This document shows positions 62,090 to 64,000 of a stretch of 64,000 bases of DNA, piece by piece. The DNA is from Epiperipatus broadwayi. Taxonomy: Eukaryota > Animalia > Onychophora. Under the pieces are notes generated by a model. It saw only the letters and a list, made by a program, of their open reading frames with translations, was not told the DNA's origin and searched no databases. The position numbers and the translations under genes are program-made. The stretch lies in NCBI GenBank assembly GCA_028023455.1, contig JAQFVV010000007.1, positions 17,980,001 to 18,044,000 of the forward strand. Reading direction: 5' to 3'. How positions within the stretch are numbered: position 1 is the stretch's first letter; each line of letters begins with the position of its first letter.

Positions 62090-63300
62090 TCTAATGAAGA
62101 TGTAGAGGATTTTTGTTTTGATGTACAGAATGCTTTTTGATCAAACTAAACATTTTAAAATTGCAATGACAGATTTTAATGCCAATAGCAGTGGAAAACG
62201 ATTGAAAGATGAACAGGCTGGAAGTAGAGATGAAAGTGAAAAAGGATGTAAACTTGGGTGATTTGTGATAAAATATCACAGGTTGACATTAAAGCATCCA
62301 TATGAAAGTATAACAGAGTTAGATTATATTTTGACTAATAAAAATTATGTACTTCAAGACCGTAATGTTCTTAATAGATTCAACATAGAAAAGGCTGAAC
62401 GATAAGATATTTTGTTAATACAAACTAGAGAGAGAGAAAAACTTATAAGAATAGACATTATTAACATTTGATATTCCTAATTTTCAGAAATACTTTAGCA
62501 AATTTAAGTTAGAACTCGTAAATTGTTTTAAAATATTAATTAACTTTATTGTTGGTTTCCTATTACAAACTGCTATTAAGTAAATGATATAAAACGCAGC
62601 AATTTGCTAGTAAATTTTCAATTGAGACGAAGTAATCTATGAGTAGCAAAATATTTAAAAATTATCTATTTAGAAAATTGAATCTCTGGAATTTTACAAA
62701 ATGTCAAAAAAAGAAAAAAGAAAAAAAAAGAGTTAATGATATATAAAGTATGACTTTATTTCTTTGTCTTTTAAATCGTGTTCTTATACGGTTTTTAAAG
62801 AAAATAATTATAATTTGTTTGGGAATAAGAAATTGGCATGGAAGAAGGATGTTATTTTAAATAATTTAGTGAATAATACAAAAGAAACAATTGATAAGAA
62901 AACTATTCCTGGAATAGATTGTGATTTTGCAATTAACGCATCTGAATTTCAGTAAATATTATGAGTTATCCGAATATAAAAATGAATGTAAAAGTCAATA
63001 TAAATATTAAAAGAACTAAAGTAATGTATAGTGGCTTTTTTTTTATTAAAAAAATGAGAAATAAAAATATATAATGGCTTTTTTTTTTTTAAAAAAAAAA
63101 GAAAGATTATAACAAGTAATTAGAAATTATCTGCAAATATTTTAATCATATTATTAATGCTGATGGAAATAATTGATGAAATTAATCATGGAATTAAAAT
63201 TGGAGTGATTTTGTTTAAAATATATTTAAGAGAAAACGTACATATAAATTTGAAAACCAAAGTTTTTAATAAATATGTTTTACTAGTTCTTACGTATGAA
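62090..63300 (+). mobile_element. Degraded, internally deleted RTE copy
   Basis: APE segment (DVQNAFDQTKHFKIAMTDFNA, ELDYILTN) followed by RT-like pieces. Confidence 0.7.
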
Positions 63301-63346
63301 TATATACTTGATTATTTTGTATAAGAACAATACAAATACTTTAGAC

Positions 63347-63974
63347 CAACGGTCGGCAACCTTACCACTAACATAATTTCTAGAGGTACGAATTAATACG
63401 AGCATTGAGTATGATATACATATATATTTATTTATATGTTTTATAATTTGTAAAAGAATTATGTTTTATTTTGTTTTTTGTTAATATAATGTTCATTTTA
63501 TTTCATAAAAATATAAATACGTCTTTGTTACGTTTTATAAGTGTAATTTTCTAATTCGTATCTACAAAAAATATTTAAGATCAATGACGAATAGTATTAT
63601 ATTCTTTAATAATTTTTATATATGTGTTTTCTTTCAAAATTCATAAAATCTTTGAGTTTTAATTCATCCAATTGCCAAGGGTGCGCCGTAGTCAAATTTG
63701 ATGCCTAGTTATTTTGTTACCTTTTCTATGGCGCTGACCGAGTAGGGATTAATCGAATGCCTTTGAAATAGATGTTTTGCAAGTCACAGTAGTATTTTGT
63801 AACAAATCAATCAGCAATATAATGTTCTTGTTCTATTTACATATAATAATACAGCTTAATCAAAATTTATTTTTTATTTAAAAATTTTTTAAAATGAGCT
63901 TAGCGAATTTAAATATCTGAATTTCTTTGCGGACCATTAACATTACGTCACGGACCACCTGTTGCAGACCATTG
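63347..63974. mobile_element. hAT-superfamily non-autonomous element (628 bp)
   Basis: TIRs CAACGGTCGGCAAC / GTTGCAGACCATTG (12/14); perfect 8-bp TSD CTTTAGAC at 63339-46 and 63975-82; retains many CpGs. Confidence 0.9.
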
Positions 63975-64000
63975 CTTTAGACCATATACATGGATATGGA

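Overview
Very AT-rich, CpG-depleted animal (probably arthropod) genomic DNA; it is not prokaryotic. There is one clear host-gene element: a 226-codon coding exon (21125-21802, +) encoding a SAND domain (KDWK motif, GMEB-type Cys/His tail). It sits in a CpG-rich promoter island and ends at a GTAAGT donor. No confident downstream exon was found in the next 42 kb. The rest is transposon-derived: one near-full-length decayed RTE-clade LINE plus many fragments, at least five Penelope-like (RT / GIY-YIG) relics, other decayed LINE RTs, two hAT MITEs with perfect 8-bp TSDs, a mariner-like remnant, tRNA-derived SINE heads and more than a dozen fold-back inverted repeats. The most notable signal is a set of hammerhead-ribozyme (HHR) motifs in three unrelated repeat families. 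Family R is a ~465-475 bp monomer found as a tandem trimer, a 1.17-mer and head-to-head fold-backs; its type I HHR has a palindromic helix III, consistent with a non-LTR retrozyme. Family P comprises short hairpin elements with an HHR in the loop, and one copy lies downstream of a Penelope GIY-YIG. Family S is an HHR-like motif in repeats flanking a Penelope RT relic. All structures were derived by eye; most copies carry CpG-decay mutations and activity is untested.
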